This document shows, piece after piece, positions 9,765 to 13,303 of a stretch of DNA of 13,303 nucleotides. Location of the stretch: NCBI GenBank assembly GCA_965233585.1, contig CBDDTI010000347.1:1-13303 (forward strand). Reading direction: 5' to 3'. How positions within the stretch are numbered: position 1 is the first letter of the stretch; each line of letters begins with the position of its first letter. Below the pieces are notes generated by a model that searched no databases, was not told where the DNA came from, and saw only the letters and a list, made by a program, of their open reading frames with translations. This DNA comes from a bacterium. GTDB lineage: Bacteria > SAR324 > NAC60-12. A program made the translations under genes and the position numbers.

Positions 9765-10445
9765 TATTTAACAAATGGTAAACGCCATAGCGTGTACTAT
9801 TGAGTTTTAGTATCACCCAACTAGTGGTCTAATGCAGATCGAGCGTTTTGATTGGCTACGCCACTAGTGGTCTAATAGTAACAGTCATCGAGTAGCGAAA
9901 TCCGCCGGCTTTTCTTTCGTTTTTTTCCCCCAAATAAATATTTCTTCAACTTGCATTCGCTAACTTTATTAGTGCTTTTTCTGTCCGACTAGTTGGGTGA
10001 TACTAAAACAATTAGACCTTTTGCCCTCAAGGGCTACGGGTCTAATTGTTAAATAGTACACGTAGGAGGTTGTTAAGCACGAAAGAAGCGTAAGAGTCGC
10101 ACGAGGCGACAGTGCAGCTAATTTGTGCAGCTAATTTGCATAATGCAGCGCGTGCATTGTCAAGTTCGAGTCGGTGTTTTCAGTTGTCAAGACAAATATT
10201 TATTTCGCTATCATTGGTATTGTGGTAAAAAAACAAATCGAATGTGGTTTAGGTGGTCTGTACTCTTGTCGACAACGATACGTGTTATTACAGTGGTCAA
10301 AATGCTGTGCAACAAATTGAGCTACATCACAAAGCGCGCGCTTTGCTTTAGATATTGAGTACGTCAGCAGCATACACCCATGGGCAAATAGTAGATGCTG
10401 AATTAGCCAATCAGAGCGCGCGCTTTGCTTTAGTTATGTTATAAA
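9765..10445. mobile_element. Composite/degraded host element of the same hairpin-ended class
   Basis: Starts TATTTAACAAAT; ends CCAATCAGAGCGCGCG...TTATGTTATAAA; internal 19-bp direct repeat (10333-10351, 10415-10433) and 13-bp tandem duplication near 10112-10138. May be more than one element. Confidence 0.45.
9804..10055. mobile_element. About 250-bp element with an internal region complementary to both termini, nested in another element
   Basis: 9804-9825 is a perfect 22-bp inverted repeat of 9988-10009; 10007-10018 is a perfect 12-bp inverted repeat of 10039-10050; ends GTTAAATA. Confidence 0.85.
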
Positions 10446-10938
10446 GAGGTATTGGTCGCTCTGAGTACCTTGTCATATGATTGATGTCACTGCCTAAAAA
10501 AGGCAAATAATATCTTTAGCGCAACGTAGTTCCTCTGACATTTCTCTACTAATAAAAACAAAAACCCTGACAACCACTTCCGGCATAATAATATAGGCAA
10601 ACGGTGTAATTGTTTATGTCGTGGGCATCACCACAGCCGTCACCGTCGTCACTAGTGCGTGCAGCGGCCATTCTTTCGGTGTTTTGTGCTCCGCTGTTAC
10701 CAAGGAAACAGATTCCTTCGAGCTGTAGTTGCTCTTGATGTAATTCTTACTCAGGTGTCAACGTGGCTCATGAAATCCTTAGGAATGCCGAGTGTGGAAA
10801 CGATAGTTTACGACAAACGAAGGGGTTCTTTACAGTGCAAAGATATACTCATGTGCAAATACTTCTCAAGCGTTAGAAATGGAATCTTAATGTCATTATT
10901 ATTTAAGTTTTTTTTTTTTTTTACCATTTCCATTTTAG

Positions 10939-11841
10939 TTACCAGTTGCGACGAGGGACGCACTTCAAACGATGAATGTGGACAAAGATGCACCTGTGAT
11001 GGAGGCCAATTGGTTAACTGCGTTCGAATTAGAAAAGAATTCACATCCTTAACAACTGCCGAGCGAAAAAGTCACATAGAAACCATATTAGAGGTATCAG
11101 CACAGGGTTCTATTTATAGGGCTGAATATGAACAGCTCATAAATGAGCACTACCAGCTGTTTTCTACAGGTATTCATAGAAAGGAACACTTTCTCCCTTG
11201 GCATCGTTATTTCATACTGCGATACGAGAACCTCATGCGAAAAGCCGATTGCACTTTTACGGCGACCTACTGGGACTGGAGTCTAGATTCCAGGGAGCCG
11301 TTTAGCACTGGTCTAGATAACGTCTGGAACAGTGACACCGGGTTTGGAGGAGACGGTGTAGATGCTGATCAAAACTGCGTGTTGGACGGACCTTTTAGAA
11401 AGGGTGCCTGGAGCCGAGTGAGACCAGATAACGCGCGTCGCGGGCCAGACTGCTTAATGCGGAGTTTCAATGGAAATCCACCTGAAGAGATAGATGTGAT
11501 GACGATCTTGAAAATGAATGATTTCACTGAGTTTGAATTCGCTCTGAGAGTGGAACTGCATGACAACGTACACTGTCAAATCGGTGCCACCATGTGCTCA
11601 AGAGAAGCCGCTTCAGCTCCAGAATTTTTTCTTCATCACGCTTTCATCGATAAGATCTGGGACGACTGGCAAAAGAAAAGTTCTGCCCACAAAGACGCGT
11701 ACTTCCCGACAGTTGAAGAAGACATGCCACAAACAAATTTGAGACCCGCCCAACTAATTGACCTTTCTAACCAACCAGGAGGCGTAAGAGTTGAGTATGA
11801 GCCCTTCAAGCCAGCAGAAGTCATAAGGAAGAAAGTGAAAG
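10939..11841 (+). CDS. Exon D: Cys-rich linker plus tyrosinase (type-3 copper protein) catalytic domain
   Basis: TTTTAG acceptor ending 10938, G|GTAAG donor after 11841, 903 nt open, phase 1-1. RIRKEF start motif; CuA His in NEHY, GIHR, FLPWHR; YWDW; GFGGDG; CVLDGPF; CuB His in LHDNVH and PEFFLHHAFIDKIW. Confidence 0.95.
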
Positions 11842-12429
11842 GTAAGAAAACTTTACTTTATGCATCTAAGACTTTATACTGCAGACATTTTCTAGTTAAC
11901 GAATATCCGAACAACGTCCTTCGTTTCTCTTTTCCCTTCTTTCCTTCTCTTTTATTCTTTTCTTTTCCACTTTTTTTCTTCCTGTCCTCTCTTATTCCTC
12001 CTCTTAATTTTTAATCATCTTTCACTCTGTCCCGCTGTCCTCTGCATTTGGTGAAGAGCTATGTTTTACCTTTTTTTTTCGCTACATAGGGTTGTTATAA
12101 TGGATCTTTAATTTTTTCAACACTTTTGCTCAAGCTCGTCTTAATGTAAATCACTTCTTTAGCAAGACATTGCACTGTAAACAGAACAGCGTCGTGCGAG
12201 TCCCAAGAATTCAATTTATTGTGCGTTTAATTTCATTGCTTTAGAGCTGTCATAAATCTAAGTGCATGCATGACCAACCGGTAAAAGTGTACTTTAATTA
12301 CTAAACTGGCAAGAAAATGTTTCTAAAATGTCGACATCCTTAATTGTTTACTACGTAAAAGATCTTAATATACAAAGACAGACTCATTCGGGCCCTGACT
12401 TAATCAGTCAATCAATCAATCAATCAATC

Positions 12430-12616
12430 AATGGGCCACTTCCGAGTTCTCTTGTGCCTAAGTTTCAAAACGAGTCTAAGTGCGAAACCTTTCATATGAA
12501 AATGAGTTCTGCATGCAGTTTCATTTCGTGCAAATCAAAGTCTTCTTCATAAAAATGCCTTCGCACTTAGACTAGCTCTGAAAGAGAAGCACAAGGGAAC
12601 TCGGAAATGGCCCATT
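12430..12616. mobile_element. Fold-back MITE, about 187 bp
   Basis: AATGGGCCACTTCCGAGTTCTCTTGTGC pairs 26/28 with GCACAAGGGAACTCGGAAATGGCCCATT; inner arms AGTCTAAGTGCGAA/TTCGCACTTAGACT; adjoins (TCAA)n; no clear TSD. Confidence 0.82.
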
Positions 12617-12636
12617 TGTATAGCCCGTTCCGTATA

Positions 12637-12924
12637 CAGCTGTTTCGACAAAGGTTGTCCCATGAAAGTGTAAAAGCGTACGCGACAATGCCGATTGGCA
12701 TTATGGGTAGTAAGAGGTTGGCTTAGCTTGATTCAAGGTTACCGTGATTCAGCAACAAGGAACGAGAAAGAACGGATACGTGTTTGTGCTGTTTCCTTCC
12801 ACCACGCTGAAACACCTTGACGTTCACACAAGCAACCGTAAAAACCACTGTTACCCATAATGACTTTCGACATTCTCGCGTAAGCTTTTCCCCGTTTGTA
12901 AGACAACCTTTCTCGAAAGAGCTG
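12637..12924. mobile_element. Tc1/mariner-like MITE, 288 bp
   Basis: 23-bp TIR CAGCTGTTTCGACAAAGGTTGTC / GACAACCTTTCTCGAAAGAGCTG (2 mismatches); TA on both sides; second partial copy at 3789. Confidence 0.88.
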
Positions 12925-13222
12925 TATACTAATGAGGCGCATAATAAGTACAAGATAGTTTTTTTCGTTGGAATGTCCTGGACATTTTAAAACCTGAACC
13001 AAAATATTCTTTGCAACGGAAAAACAGTTGAGAATAACGAAGTACGCAGAGTATTTTTGAATATTCTTGCCATTTTTCTGATGTTACATTACAAGTTACA
13101 TGGCTGGCTTTTGAAGGCCGGTGGCTGAGAAACACTCGCGCCGGTACTCGCACGCAGGTATGCAAGCATGGGAAGAAAACAATATCAGTAGTCATATATG
13201 TTGGGAATTAAGCCCCGTTACG

Positions 13223-13303
13223 GACTTCCCTTCGACTTCCCTTCCTTCCTGCATACTAATTTTTGACTTCCTGCATAATAATTTTTGACTTCCTGCATAC
13301 TAA
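13223..13303. repeat. Start of a minisatellite: 11-bp duplication, then 22-bp units CTTCCTGCATAMTAATTTTTGA running off the window
   Basis: Units at 13245, 13267 and 13289. Confidence 0.85.

Noticed and set aside
9737..9771. Possible extra exon after a CTTTAG acceptor (EIKTCPSFVH), interrupted by the element at 9765
   Set aside because: No recognisable domain and no phase-compatible donor could be established.
10659..12014. 451-aa ORF as a single-exon tyrosinase
   Set aside because: Both extensions are intronic read-through (poly-T tract, Phe-rich tail); clear splice sites delimit 10939-11841.
12089..12260. Candidate next exons after acceptors at about 12088 and 12245
   Set aside because: Both reach a stop within four codons in phase 1; the downstream exon cannot be supported here.

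Overview
AT-rich, repeat-dense eukaryotic genomic DNA. A cnidarian, probably a stony coral, is inferred from the tyrosinase type and the repeat landscape; this is not proven. One spliced + strand gene spans the window: signal-peptide exon (988-1075), chitin-binding CBM14/peritrophin-A exon (3529-3702), three tandem fibronectin type II exons from a 313-bp triplication (8713-8883, 9026-9196, 9339-9509) and a 903-bp tyrosinase exon with all six copper-binding His (10939-11841). The gene continues past 11841, but no next exon was identified. All introns are phase 1. The CBM14 exon and the first FN2 copy each carry an in-frame TAA, so the locus is either a young pseudogene or is rescued by exon skipping. 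The introns contain a solo LTR, a Penelope-like remnant with a type I hammerhead ribozyme, an L2/CR1 LINE 3' end, several MITEs and a set of hairpin-ended non-coding elements. In those elements an internal segment is complementary to both ends (DIRS ICR-like geometry), and one sits in an 11-6-11 palindromic site resembling a tyrosine-recombinase target.
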